From Candidatus Borrarchaeum weybense (lineage in GTDB: Archaea; Asgardarchaeota; Sifarchaeia; Borrarchaeales; Borrarchaeaceae), in NCBI GenBank assembly GCA_019057385.1, contig JAHQJS010000004.1, forward strand, positions 32,001-96,000: a DNA stretch of 64,000 nt, read 5' to 3'. This document shows positions 10,464-21,462 of the stretch, piece after piece. Within the stretch, counting starts at the first letter, position 1. Every line of letters starts with the position of its first letter. The notes under the pieces were generated by a model. It saw only the letters and a list, made by a program, of their open reading frames with translations. It did not search any database and was not told the DNA's origin. The translations under genes and the position numbers were made by a program.

Positions 10464-11639
10464 GTGACTGGTGTATCCATGAAAATTTTAATGACAATGC
10501 CTTCATTTTTGCCGCATAGAGGCGGCAGCGAAATAATGGCATATGAACTTGCAAAAAGACTCGTTGAACTAGGTCACGAAGTGGTTGTCCATACTATTCA
10601 AAAAAAGGGCACACAGAAATACGAAAAAATAGACTGTATCGAAATTTATCGTTTCAAAGATATCAGACTCTTCCCAAAGCTATCAAAGATCACACTCGGA
10701 AAAATACCAGCAATTTTTTCATTTTCTGCAATCCCATCTTTATTTAAATTAGTAAAAAAAATACGTCCTCATATAATTCATAGTCATTTTATAGCAGATA
10801 CAGGGCTTGCTGCAATAATCGTTGGAAATTTACTAAAGATTCCAGTAATAACTTCTCTGCTTGGAAAAGACATCTTTGATCCTATCGATCCAGTTTCTAC
10901 CAAATGGCATGACACTCTGGTAAGGGTTATGGAGAATTCTTCCAGAGTAATAGCATGTAGTAAGGATCAAAAACTGCGAGCACAAGCTATGGGCGTTTCT
11001 TCGAACATCAAAATAATACCCCATGGGGTAAATATCCATCGATTTACACCAAAGATAAAAGAGGATCTCAAAAAAGAATTAGATATTGAAGGCCCATTGG
11101 TTCTATCTGTTCAGCGTCTTCATCCAAGAAAAGGATTGAAATATTTAATTGATGCAATTCCTACAGTTCTAGACAAAATACCTTCAGTAAAGTTTGTTAT
11201 TGTAGGAAAAGGACCCGAAAAAGCAAAGATAGAAAGACAGATCAAAATGCAAAAAATTGAAAATAATGTAAAATTAGTTGGCTTTGTGCCTGATGATGAA
11301 CTTGCACAGTATTATGCAAGCTGTAATTTATTCGTACTTCACTCTCTTTATGAAGCCTTTGGAATTGTTTTACTTGAGGCAATGGCTTCAGGCAAACCTG
11401 TTGTTGCAACTTCAGTAGGAGGAATCCCAGAAGTAGTGGCAGATAAAAAAAGTGGTCTATTAGTGTCATCTAAAAGTCCAAAGGCACTTGCGGATGCTAT
11501 CACTCAAATCTTACTTGATCCAGAGATGGCTCAAAAAATGGGAGACTATGGACGTACGTTAGCAGAGAGTCGATTTGATTGGGAAAAAATAGTAAATGAA
11601 TACCTTAAAACCTATCTTAACTATGATTTGTGTGCCTAA
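10464..11639 (+). CDS. GT4 glycosyltransferase
   Basis: GGSE, EAFGIVLLEAMASG. Confidence 0.95.
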   Translation: MTGVSMKILMTMPSFLPHRGGSEIMAYELAKRLVELGHEVVVHTIQKKGTQKYEKIDCIEIYRFKDIRLFPKLSKITLGKIPAIFSFSAIPSLFKLVKKIRPHIIHSHFIADTGLAAIIVGNLLKIPVITSLLGKDIFDPIDPVSTKWHDTLVRVMENSSRVIACSKDQKLRAQAMGVSSNIKIIPHGVNIHRFTPKIKEDLKKELDIEGPLVLSVQRLHPRKGLKYLIDAIPTVLDKIPSVKFVIVGKGPEKAKIERQIKMQKIENNVKLVGFVPDDELAQYYASCNLFVLHSLYEAFGIVLLEAMASGKPVVATSVGGIPEVVADKKSGLLVSSKSPKALADAITQILLDPEMAQKMGDYGRTLAESRFDWEKIVNEYLKTYLNYDLCA

Positions 11640-11712
11640 TCAAAAACTAATATAAAATAAAGCACATAGAGACTCACGAAAGGAGGCACAAAAAAAACAA
11701 TGGGGAAGGCTA

Positions 11713-12666
11713 TTGGTTCTGTTGCTTAGGGCATTAATCGATGAAACAAGAAACAGGTTAAATCTCGAATATATGGCTTTAATTATGCTTTTAGTCTCTC
11801 CCATACTCATTCAAGTTATTTCATCCTTTTGGCTTTATATATGGCTGATTATTTTTAGTATAATACTCGTAAATCGTATGCTAACAACTTATTTAAAAAC
11901 TAAGAGAACATTCTACTTTTTCTTAACATTTATAACAGTTTTTTTAATAGGAGTATTAGTAATTCAATTTTCCGAATCATTATTTTCTTTTTTTTTAAAT
12001 CTAGCTGATGTGGTTGTAAGTCAAATAATTGCTTTGACAATAGGAGTTATAGAGCTTATATTTCTTTCATTTTCTGCAGATTTTTATTCAAGGAAAACAG
12101 CAGAAAATCAAAAATACTTTATGTTAATTTTAATTATTTTTCTAATAGTGTTGATTTCAGAACAAGTGAATGAAATTATGTTAACTTTGGGAGTATTGAA
12201 GATAGGAACTTTTCAATTACCCTTTATGATAAATCCTACATTAGGGATGACGATAAATCTTTGGACTTTACTCACTTTTATTCTTATTATCATTTTAACA
12301 CTGTTTTTGCTACAATTTTTCGAAATAGAGAGGAATACATTCATTTTTTGGCTATTTATTGTAAGCTCAATAATACTAATTACCGGAATTGTTTTACTAG
12401 TTAATTTACATAGGTTTAATCTTCAATTATCTCATTTAACTAAGGAATTACTATTACGGATTTTTATCCTAACAATAATCTTCCCAATTTTCTATGTATT
12501 TTATCTTGGGGTGTCTAGCAATACTAAAGATTATAAACTAAGGAATGGAATCTGTTATATGACTTTAGGGTTTCTTTATTTGCTTTATTTTCCACTTGAA
12601 GCAACATTGTTAGTTGAAATTCTATTTATAGGAGGTTTAGAAGAATTATATATTAGAACGCAGTGA
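11713..12666 (+). CDS. Multi-pass membrane protein, unknown function
   Basis: 317 aa, very hydrophobic, 4-nt overlap with the next gene. Confidence 0.65.
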   Translation: MVLLLRALIDETRNRLNLEYMALIMLLVSPILIQVISSFWLYIWLIIFSIILVNRMLTTYLKTKRTFYFFLTFITVFLIGVLVIQFSESLFSFFLNLADVVVSQIIALTIGVIELIFLSFSADFYSRKTAENQKYFMLILIIFLIVLISEQVNEIMLTLGVLKIGTFQLPFMINPTLGMTINLWTLLTFILIIILTLFLLQFFEIERNTFIFWLFIVSSIILITGIVLLVNLHRFNLQLSHLTKELLLRIFILTIIFPIFYVFYLGVSSNTKDYKLRNGICYMTLGFLYLLYFPLEATLLVEILFIGGLEELYIRTQ

Positions 12667-13616
12667 AAACAACACCTTTCAAAACAAAAGAGTCCACTAA
12701 AGGAGTTAAATTGATGAAAATAAAATACGTTCCCTTGGTTCTAATCATAATCTGTATATTTGGTACTTTCAATCTACATAACACACTGCTTTTTTTTCCA
12801 TCACCTCCTGTTGAAAGTGCACCTGTGAATCAATGGTTTGCTGAAGATGCCAATGTTGTAGTTTCATTGACTTTTGATGCGGAGGGTGATGAAATTCAAC
12901 TTAACAGACTCATATCCTTTCTTGACTCTGAAAACATCAATGCAACATTTATGCTTAAAGGTGAGACGTGCGAAAAATATCCCGCTCTTGTTAAAAGGAT
13001 TGCCCATAAATTTGATTTGGGCAGTCATACATACACTCATCCACTGCTCACAGAGATATCTAAAGAGGCCCAATTAGATGAAATTCAAAGATCTAAAGAT
13101 ATTATTTACCGCACAACAGGAAAATACCCCTCAAGTTTTAGAGCACCATATTGTGATGGTCACAAATCGTATAACAAATATACGTTTGAGAATTTGTTAT
13201 TATCTGAAATCTATATTGATTCATCAATTGGCACTGTGACAACCGCACCGATTTCCCCCCCAAAAGACCTTAAACAATTCTTTCCAGAATATCCGTATCC
13301 ATATGTTATTCAAATGGATGGTAGAATGATAATAGAAATCCCCTGGATATATCCTTCTGATTCAATAGCATATGATAACTCAAATACTTTGGATCAAATC
13401 CTTTACATTTGGAAACTTGCTTTTGAGTATTGTTATGAACAGAAAGGTGTTTATGTCCTACTTTTACATCCAGGACGCACGGGAAAGTACATAGAGAGAA
13501 TAACACTCTTAAAAACCTTAATTGAGTTTATGAGACAATATGACGGAGTGTACTTTTCCTCAATTTCTACAATAGCATCTAGGTTTTCCGATTGGAAAAA
13601 TATTAATAAGGAATGA
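12663..13616 (+). CDS. Polysaccharide deacetylase (CE4/NodB), membrane anchored
   Basis: LTFDAE, GSHTYTH, FRAPY, LLHP; N-terminal TM segment. Confidence 0.9.
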   Translation: MKTTPFKTKESTKGVKLMKIKYVPLVLIIICIFGTFNLHNTLLFFPSPPVESAPVNQWFAEDANVVVSLTFDAEGDEIQLNRLISFLDSENINATFMLKGETCEKYPALVKRIAHKFDLGSHTYTHPLLTEISKEAQLDEIQRSKDIIYRTTGKYPSSFRAPYCDGHKSYNKYTFENLLLSEIYIDSSIGTVTTAPISPPKDLKQFFPEYPYPYVIQMDGRMIIEIPWIYPSDSIAYDNSNTLDQILYIWKLAFEYCYEQKGVYVLLLHPGRTGKYIERITLLKTLIEFMRQYDGVYFSSISTIASRFSDWKNINKE

Positions 13617-13778
13617 CTAGCCGTTAATGTGGAACGATTTGTCCAACTTTAGGGATATTTGGCAATTCAATTAATCACTGTTGGACACCCTTTTCTACTT
13701 GAAAATGATATACAACCTTATTTGGATATAATACCACAATTTAGCCACACTATAAAGTGAAGACCTATAGTGATCTAG

Positions 13779-15299
13779 ATGAACAAATCCCATACTACAC
13801 TCTCAAGAGCTCTTACGGGTACATCCATACTCTTCGAGAAAAGATCTACTTTAATAGTATCAATTATTTCAGTTCTTTTTTTTGTCTCAAGACTCCTTAT
13901 ATTGCAAAATCATCAGGCGACTTGGGCAGATGAGTCCCATTTTCTTCTTGCTGCCGAAGACATATTAAACGGAGGCGTTGGAGTCTCTTTTTTTCACGGT
14001 GAACTTTATCAGTGCATTATTGCAGCATTTAGTCTTTTTATTGGTTTTAGTTTCTTCACAGGAAAACTAACTTCCACTATTGTCGCAACATTATTGATTC
14101 CATTGTTTTACATGTTTAATAAACAACTTTTTGGAAGAAAGTGGGGTGTGGTAGCGGCTTTTTTACTATCTCTTAATCCCGGGGTCTTTTGGCTAAGCTA
14201 TATGGTTCTAACAGAAGGATTATTTACATTAGTTGTACTTTTAGTATTTGTGATTATCAATAGAACGGAAAATAGCAAAGTATTGTGGGGTTTTGCTGGT
14301 TTTTTTATGGGTCTTGTTTATTTAACGAGGTATGTTGGCGCATTACTCATACTTTGTTTTCTTATCTTTATCTTCTTAAAAATCGGAAATCTAAGGCACG
14401 AAAAAGGACTTTTAATTGCTATACTTATGATTTTCATAGTTCTTCTCCCCGATTTTTATATTAAGACCGTTCTATTTGGGAATCCTTTTCATCAAGGATA
14501 TACACAGTATTACGTTAGACCAACCGAATTTCATCTAGCTATTACTTTTCGGGAGCTAGCAGGCGGAATAACGGCATCGCTGAAAGTCTTAGTACTCCTT
14601 GTAACATCAATTGGTGTTTTATTTTCTATAAGTTATATTATATTGAAAAAAGATCACAAAAAGAACAGAGAATTCTTTATTTTTCTTCTACTATGGATAT
14701 GTATTCACTTTACGCTTCACGCATTATATACAGGTGTGTCATTGCACAGCAGAATTCGATATATATTCCCGATTACACCATTCTTAATCTCATTTAGTAT
14801 CGGTTTTTTAAAGAGCAGTTATGAAAATATGAATAAGTTATTTTCAAAAAAAGACGTTGCTCACAATTCTTTCACGGTATTTGCCCTTCTTTTTATAATA
14901 ATCTTTTCAATTGCATCATCATTTGGCACATTTTCGCTCATTGGAGGAAATCAAATCTCTGAAGGAGGAGCGAGAGCGTATAAAGACGCTTGCCTTTGGA
15001 TAAATGAAAATTCTAATGAAGATGCAATAGTTGCGGCTCCTATCCAGGGTTCAACACGTTTTCATTCTAAAAGAACTGTTGTTGTTCTCCCTTTAAAAGA
15101 GCAAGAACAAACAAATCTATTACAATTTTTTGACGAGAACAGTGTTAATTATTTTATTATAGATACTAGATATGGGCAGAAATCTCCCCTCTATAGAAAA
15201 TTTCTCTATCAAACGGAAGTACCTAATAACTTTCACCTAGTATTTGAGAAGGCTGAAGATACCATAGGTTATGTTGTTGTAGTATACAAGATCTGCTGA
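13779..15299 (+). CDS. GT-C (PMT_2/ArnT-like) membrane glycosyltransferase
   Basis: WADE after TM1, LNP, LTEG, LTRY, RY. Confidence 0.85.
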   Translation: MNKSHTTLSRALTGTSILFEKRSTLIVSIISVLFFVSRLLILQNHQATWADESHFLLAAEDILNGGVGVSFFHGELYQCIIAAFSLFIGFSFFTGKLTSTIVATLLIPLFYMFNKQLFGRKWGVVAAFLLSLNPGVFWLSYMVLTEGLFTLVVLLVFVIINRTENSKVLWGFAGFFMGLVYLTRYVGALLILCFLIFIFLKIGNLRHEKGLLIAILMIFIVLLPDFYIKTVLFGNPFHQGYTQYYVRPTEFHLAITFRELAGGITASLKVLVLLVTSIGVLFSISYIILKKDHKKNREFFIFLLLWICIHFTLHALYTGVSLHSRIRYIFPITPFLISFSIGFLKSSYENMNKLFSKKDVAHNSFTVFALLFIIIFSIASSFGTFSLIGGNQISEGGARAYKDACLWINENSNEDAIVAAPIQGSTRFHSKRTVVVLPLKEQEQTNLLQFFDENSVNYFIIDTRYGQKSPLYRKFLYQTEVPNNFHLVFEKAEDTIGYVVVVYKIC

Positions 15300-15334
15300 G
15301 ACTCTTTAAAAAATGAAATTTGGAGTGCAAATAA

Positions 15335-15712
15335 ATGCCTTACATGTCACAAAAGTCGAGATTTATTAGAGAAAAAGTAGACTGGATACTTATCATTGGG
15401 CTAACTGCAACAATGGTGCCCGCAATTCTGATTTCCGAATTGAGTTTATACTATAAATACTATATTGGCGTGCTAACGTTCATATTGCCGGGATACACAG
15501 TAACTAAGGTTTTGCTCTTCGGTCAATTAGAACTTGAAGTAGTTGAGATTACAACAATCAGCATTATAATAAGTTTACTAACTACTGGATTATTTGTTTT
15601 TGTCCTAAGTATTGTCAGCTTAGTTCAGATATGGGCACTTACATTGTTGCACACTTTACTAATTGCAATTTCTATTGTAGTGTCTTTCATTAAAACTTCC
15701 GCTTTTAAGTAA
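15335..15712 (+). CDS. Small membrane protein (DUF1616-like N-terminal region)
   Basis: Four TM segments with FILPGY and SIIIS. Confidence 0.6.
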   Translation: MPYMSQKSRFIREKVDWILIIGLTATMVPAILISELSLYYKYYIGVLTFILPGYTVTKVLLFGQLELEVVEITTISIIISLLTTGLFVFVLSIVSLVQIWALTLLHTLLIAISIVVSFIKTSAFK

Positions 15713-15867
15713 AATTCTTAAGAACTATCATTAAGAAGCTGCTCACATTAGTTTTTAAAACAATCTCGGGAGTTGGAATATCATTTAAAATCCTGAAAAA
15801 TTACAATTTTTCTGTTTCTCGGTAAAAATAACAAAAAAAGACTCTACTTTTGGGCTACAATTCGCCG

Positions 15868-16560
15868 TTACCATAAATTTTTGAATATAGGTCTTAACAT
15901 ATTTAACCAATCAACAAGAGGCCTCATTTTAGAATATCCAATTTTAGGAAAATGCTTTTTTGCCGGGATTTCCTTCACTTTATATCCTTTCTTAATGGTC
16001 TGTATTAGGAAATGTTGTTCAATACCATACTTAGCGTTCAGCCACTCTGCCGAAAAATCTATTTTATCTAGTAAAGCGACTTTAAACGCTTTATAACCCG
16101 TTGAAGCATCTCTTATCCATTTTTTTGCAACAATCGAAAAAACTATTGAATATAATCGCGTGGTTACTAGCCTAAATAAAGGTATATTTTTTACTGTAAC
16201 TAAATATCTACACCCTTGTATCATATCAAAATCATCATCTACAATGCCTTGTAGGAAAGTTTCTATCCTCCTCGGGTCATCTTGGCCATCACTTCCCATA
16301 ATTACGCCTATATCAAATCCCTTTTTTTTAATATAAGCAAAAGCAATTTTGAATGCGATTCCTAGGCCCTTGTTTTGTTTGAGGCTTATAATGGTGACAT
16401 TATATCTTTTTGCTTCATCAACTGTGTTGTCTGTGCTGCCATCATTGATTACCAATATTTCATCTACAAGCTCTCTTGGTACTTTACTCAGCACCTTACC
16501 GATTTTGCCTTCTTCATTATAAGCCGGCATCATTAATAGAACTTTATTTTCTTTGTACAT
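15868..16560 (-). CDS. GT2 polyprenol-phosphate glycosyltransferase (DPM1-like)
   Basis: PAYNEE, NDGSTD, SDGQDDP. Confidence 0.9.
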   Translation of the reverse strand: MYKENKVLLMMPAYNEEGKIGKVLSKVPRELVDEILVINDGSTDNTVDEAKRYNVTIISLKQNKGLGIAFKIAFAYIKKKGFDIGVIMGSDGQDDPRRIETFLQGIVDDDFDMIQGCRYLVTVKNIPLFRLVTTRLYSIVFSIVAKKWIRDASTGYKAFKVALLDKIDFSAEWLNAKYGIEQHFLIQTIKKGYKVKEIPAKKHFPKIGYSKMRPLVDWLNMLRPIFKNLW

Positions 16561-16807
16561 CTTTTCCTCATTCGTTTATTTTTTACAAAATCTCTGATAC
16601 TTTTAATTAACTTTATTTCTTTAACTAGCAGGATTACTGGAATAACATCATTCTTTTAAACATTCTAATTTACCAAAGCGTCATGTTTCAACATTATATA
16701 ATCTTTGTTCTACATCTATATAATCATTGACAAAGGTTGTTAATTGCTAACATTTTTAAATGCAATAGGCGACCTATGGCACGTATTCAGTGGACTGACA
16801 GTAACAG

Positions 16808-18064
16808 TTGGATTGTCCTAAATATCCACTAGAAAGAAACGATATCATATGTTCGCAACACAATAAGGTAAAGACGACTCATGTGAATGATCTATGGAGT
16901 GTTCGTAATTTGTGTGCAAAATATTCAAAAATCCTGGTCACAGGTGGTGCTGGCTTCATTGGAAGTCATATTGTAGAGGCATTGGCAGATAAAGGTCATA
17001 TGGTTTTTGTTTTAGATAATTTAGAGTCTACGACACATGGAAATAATGCTACTCGTCCTAAAAACATAGAAAGCTTACAAGGAGATATAGAATTCGTGCA
17101 TAACGATGTTAGAAACGAAAAGGTGCTCTTTGAATGTATTCAGGAAGTTGACGCCATATTCCATGAGGCGGCAGTTGGCGGATTAGGTTTAAGTATGTAT
17201 CAAATACATTCTTGCATTGATCCAAATTGCGGTGGAACTGCAAAATTACTGGATATCCTCGTAAATAAGGAGCATAATGTAAAAAAAGTAGTTCTAGCAT
17301 CATCGATGGCTGTTTATGGTGAAGGGACATATGACTGTGAAGAGTGCGGTGTGATTTACCCCAATATAAGAGCGGAACAACAATTAACACAGAAAATCTG
17401 GGAAATTCAATGTCCAAATTGTGGAAAAACAGCCCTACCATTGCCTACTAATGAAAGCAAACCACTTAAACCGGCAAGTGTTTATTCAATTTCTAAGAGG
17501 ACACAAGAAGAGACGTGCCTCCTGATAGGCAAATTATATGGAATTCCAACAATAGCATTACGCTACTTCGTGACCTATGGACCACGTCAATCTATGCGAA
17601 ACCCTTATTCTGGAGTATGTTCCATATGGAGTACGCGATTGTTAAGCAATAAACTTCCTATTATTTACGAAGATGGATTACAATCAAGGGATTTCATTTA
17701 TGTAAAAGACATTGTCCAAGCAAACCTTTTAGCACTAGAGAAAAACAATGGAAATTATCTTGCAATGAATGTGGGTACTGGAAGGCAAATTAAAATAACT
17801 GAACTGGCAAGTGAATTAATTCAGGCGTATGATGTAAATATTTCTCCAGAGATTAACTATCTCTATAGAAAAGGTGATGTTCGTCACTTATTTGCAGATA
17901 TTTCATTAATTAAAAGGAAGTTAGGGTTTACGCCGAAATATACCCTTCAAGAGGGTTTACAACAGTTTGAAGCGTGGTCAAGAGAGATGTTCAAGGCTGG
18001 AGAATTTACAGATAAATTTGAAGAGGCGCACAAAGAGTTGGAAAATAAAAAACTCTTGTCTTAG
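16808..18064 (+). CDS. NAD-dependent epimerase/dehydratase with CxxC-CxxC insertion; true start probably near 16909
   Basis: TGGAGFIG, ASSMAVYG, CEEC/CPNC, YSISK. Confidence 0.9.
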   Translation: MDCPKYPLERNDIICSQHNKVKTTHVNDLWSVRNLCAKYSKILVTGGAGFIGSHIVEALADKGHMVFVLDNLESTTHGNNATRPKNIESLQGDIEFVHNDVRNEKVLFECIQEVDAIFHEAAVGGLGLSMYQIHSCIDPNCGGTAKLLDILVNKEHNVKKVVLASSMAVYGEGTYDCEECGVIYPNIRAEQQLTQKIWEIQCPNCGKTALPLPTNESKPLKPASVYSISKRTQEETCLLIGKLYGIPTIALRYFVTYGPRQSMRNPYSGVCSIWSTRLLSNKLPIIYEDGLQSRDFIYVKDIVQANLLALEKNNGNYLAMNVGTGRQIKITELASELIQAYDVNISPEINYLYRKGDVRHLFADISLIKRKLGFTPKYTLQEGLQQFEAWSREMFKAGEFTDKFEEAHKELENKKLLS

Positions 18065-18201
18065 GGCTACTTATAAGAAAATCACAGCTATAGTCTCAGA
18101 TGCATGTTCTTCTAATACTAATCTGACCTGATAGGTCAGCACATATAAGTTGAAACTGCAAATTTTGTCTTTGAGAATCATTGGGCCTCTCATAAAAGAA
18201 T

Positions 18202-19686
18202 TTGAGGAATTATATGAAACGGTTTAGACGCTATTTGCTCAGAAAAATACTGAGAAATAAACGAGTGTATGAATTTTATTTGTTTGCCATTATAAAAGCG
18301 CGGTCAATAAAGCATAAAATAGAGAGAATAAAGGCGAAAATATTCCCTCCTAAATATCTCTCAATTCATCCAAATATACTCTTACTCTCAATAGACTCTT
18401 TGAGACCTGATCATTTAGGTTGCTATGGATATCATAGAAATACTTCACCAAACATCGATAAATTGGCTAAAAACTCAGCAATCTTTACTAATGCCATTTG
18501 CCAAGCCCCATGGACTAAACCATCTATTGGGAGTCTGTTTACTGCTGTAAATCCAGGTGTCCACGGCGCAGATAAAGGAGGAAAATTTGGCCAAGATATC
18601 GCTAGAATTTCAAGCAGAACTGATGCAATAGGCTTAAGGGACATGATACCTACGCTGACAGAAAAATTGAAAGAGGGAGATTATATAACAGCTGGATTCA
18701 CGGGAGGTGGATACACACATTCTATTTTTGGACTTGACAGGGGCTTTGATATCTATAAAGCTAATCTCAGTCTAATGGATTTAATTAATTTTGAAGTATT
18801 TTCGTTCCTCAATAGAGATTTTAAAAAACCAATATTCTTGTTTATCCATACGTTCGATGTGCATTTTCCCTATCATAACAAGAAACCCTATAATCGATTA
18901 TTTGGAAAGTTTGATTCTCGAATAAATATGAGCAAACAACTTTCATTGGATATAAATTATGGCAGATTTACTCCCTCAGACGAAGATATTCAACATATGA
19001 TCACACTATATGATGGAAGCATTTTTTATATTGACCAACGAATTGGCTTCTTGCTTGAGATGCTGCAAACATTAGGATTTATGCAAAATGTGATGATAAT
19101 TCTCACCGCAGATCATGGGGAAGGGTTTATGGAACATGATTTAGTAGGACATAGTGAAATCATCTACAATGAAGTTTTACGAATACCTTTAATCATTTAT
19201 CACAGCAATATGACCTCAAAAAGAGTCGTATCAAATCTAGTTAGATCGATTGATCTGATGCCAACACTCTTAGAATTTGCAAATATTCCTTGTGATAACT
19301 TTATTCAGGGTAAAGGTTTACTACCTTTGTTAGAAAAAGAAGCGTCATACGACGAAGCGGCCTTTAGTGAGACTGAAAGGCTCGGTGGTATACAGGCAAT
19401 TCAGACACAGGAAGGCTATAAATTCGTTTATTGGAAGAAAACAGAGAAAAAAGAACTTTATGACCTGAACAACGATCCCTTAGAAAGAAAAAATATAATA
19501 CAACTAATGCCTGAAAAGGCAGAAGAATTGGAACATAAGTTATTTGAAATAATAAGAGAGTCAGAAGATCTCAGTAAACGAATAGAAGCGATGAAAAAAG
19601 ATAAAACAAGCGAGAGAAAAGAAATTTCTGAGGAAGATATTGAAGCAGTCACGGCAAGGTTGCGAGCATTGGGCTACATAGACTAG
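18202..19686 (+). CDS. Sulfatase-like hydrolase
   Basis: IDSLRPDHLGCYGY, WTKPS, TADHGE, RLRALGYID. Confidence 0.9.
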   Translation: MRNYMKRFRRYLLRKILRNKRVYEFYLFAIIKARSIKHKIERIKAKIFPPKYLSIHPNILLLSIDSLRPDHLGCYGYHRNTSPNIDKLAKNSAIFTNAICQAPWTKPSIGSLFTAVNPGVHGADKGGKFGQDIARISSRTDAIGLRDMIPTLTEKLKEGDYITAGFTGGGYTHSIFGLDRGFDIYKANLSLMDLINFEVFSFLNRDFKKPIFLFIHTFDVHFPYHNKKPYNRLFGKFDSRINMSKQLSLDINYGRFTPSDEDIQHMITLYDGSIFYIDQRIGFLLEMLQTLGFMQNVMIILTADHGEGFMEHDLVGHSEIIYNEVLRIPLIIYHSNMTSKRVVSNLVRSIDLMPTLLEFANIPCDNFIQGKGLLPLLEKEASYDEAAFSETERLGGIQAIQTQEGYKFVYWKKTEKKELYDLNNDPLERKNIIQLMPEKAEELEHKLFEIIRESEDLSKRIEAMKKDKTSERKEISEEDIEAVTARLRALGYID

Positions 19687-19840
19687 CATACCATTGTGAA
19701 TTAATTGACAATAATACTAAAGAAGGATCAAACTACAAAAAAAAATTAGGTGTGAAAGTCATTGAGCGACGATCAATACTACTAAAAAACAGAATTCTCT
19801 TTTTATAGAAAAATGAGATCTCGATCTATACTATAAAACT

Positions 19841-21433
19841 TTGAAAATATCTTTTCGAAGAGGAAACCCTATGACAACTTCGAGAAAATCAAAAGTGGCA
19901 CGGGATATTGCACGAGGATCCTCAGCATTAATGATTCAGAAAATATCACTCACAATTATGGGTGTAGTATATGGAGCAGTTCTTGCACGTCTATTAGGGC
20001 CATTAAACATTGGATTAATTGCGTTAGCAAATTCTATTGCCTTTTTAATAGGCATTATGTCAGGAGTTGTCCTTTCAGGCCTAAAACCAGCAATGATTCG
20101 CCACCTTGCATATTATATTGCTAGCAAAGAATACGGAATTGCAAAAGACATCTATAAAAAAGGTCTAATAATGCATTTAATAGTCGGCAGTATTTCAACA
20201 GTTCTTATTATCATTACAGCCGATATGATCGCAAATCTTGTATTTAATAGTCCTGAGCTAACGTTATTGATCACACTTACAGCCTTTTCGATTTCTGTGG
20301 AAGTAGCAAATCGATTTGTAGGTTCACTCTTTGAGAGTTTGAAGTTTTTTGGGAGTTATTCAACTTTGATCATAATTAACACTGGGGGTAGGATGGCACT
20401 TAGTTTATTATTGTTTTTTATTGGTTATGGAGTCCCAGGAGTAATTGCAGGAGGAATCATCGCAGGTGGATTCACAAGCATAATTGGCTATTTATTCATT
20501 CGCAAAAAACTTCCTTTTATTCATGCAAAACCAGAAAGTAATGATGATAATGGACTTAAAAAACTTTTCTCATTCAGTATAATTTATAGTATTAGCTACG
20601 TCTTTTATACAATATATCAACAGGCACCCTATCTTATTTTAGGCTACTATCTCACGCCAGATGTTGTTGGATATTATTCATATGCATATAACATTGCAAA
20701 TCGCCCCTCAATGCTGGGCTATACTTTTTATACAACATTGCTCCCGTCGATGTCAGAAATATACGCGGAAGACGATATCGCTTTGATGAGGAAAACATAT
20801 AGTTCTATGATAAAGTATCTAATGGTATTTTCTACGTTTTTCTCAATGCTCATAATCGTTTTTGCAAGAGAACTTATTATCATCCTTGCTGGACCAGAAT
20901 TTTTACCTGCAGTTCCACTCCTCCAAATATTATCGCTAGTGAGTATACTTAGGATCATAGGCGCACCAATGCAAGCAGTTTTGTTAACCTTCGAAAGACT
21001 TGACTTTGTATTATATCCAACAGCACTAAGATCTGTCATGATTGTTGTATTGCTTTTTCTATTGGTTCCTCCTTATGGTTACATAATAGTCCCCATCGTT
21101 GTCGTTATAAGCTGGTTTGTGTCAATTGTAATGGCTATATCTCTTACCAATCGGGAAATTTCTGTTCATATTCCAATCTCTAATTTCATTAAACCTGTAA
21201 TGTGCCTGCTTATTTCGTCAAGCGTTCTGCTGTTACCTCTACTTTCAAACTATATCTTATATACTATAATAAAGTTGTTTGGCGCACTTACATTGTTTTT
21301 AATAAGTGTAGTGCTGACGTCAACACTTATAAAAGAAGATATAAAGACAATTGAATTAGTTAAAATAAGACATGAATTAATTGCGCACATACTTCGAAAG
21401 GGCATAAAAGTCTTAAGAAAAATATTGCGCTGA
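19841..21433 (+). CDS. Oligosaccharide flippase (Wzx/MATE-like)
   Basis: ARLLGP, VGYYSYA, many TM segments; start probably 19871. Confidence 0.9.
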   Translation: MKISFRRGNPMTTSRKSKVARDIARGSSALMIQKISLTIMGVVYGAVLARLLGPLNIGLIALANSIAFLIGIMSGVVLSGLKPAMIRHLAYYIASKEYGIAKDIYKKGLIMHLIVGSISTVLIIITADMIANLVFNSPELTLLITLTAFSISVEVANRFVGSLFESLKFFGSYSTLIIINTGGRMALSLLLFFIGYGVPGVIAGGIIAGGFTSIIGYLFIRKKLPFIHAKPESNDDNGLKKLFSFSIIYSISYVFYTIYQQAPYLILGYYLTPDVVGYYSYAYNIANRPSMLGYTFYTTLLPSMSEIYAEDDIALMRKTYSSMIKYLMVFSTFFSMLIIVFARELIIILAGPEFLPAVPLLQILSLVSILRIIGAPMQAVLLTFERLDFVLYPTALRSVMIVVLLFLLVPPYGYIIVPIVVVISWFVSIVMAISLTNREISVHIPISNFIKPVMCLLISSSVLLLPLLSNYILYTIIKLFGALTLFLISVVLTSTLIKEDIKTIELVKIRHELIAHILRKGIKVLRKILR

Positions 21434-21462
21434 AGTTAATTATTACCAGAAGGTGCTGTTCT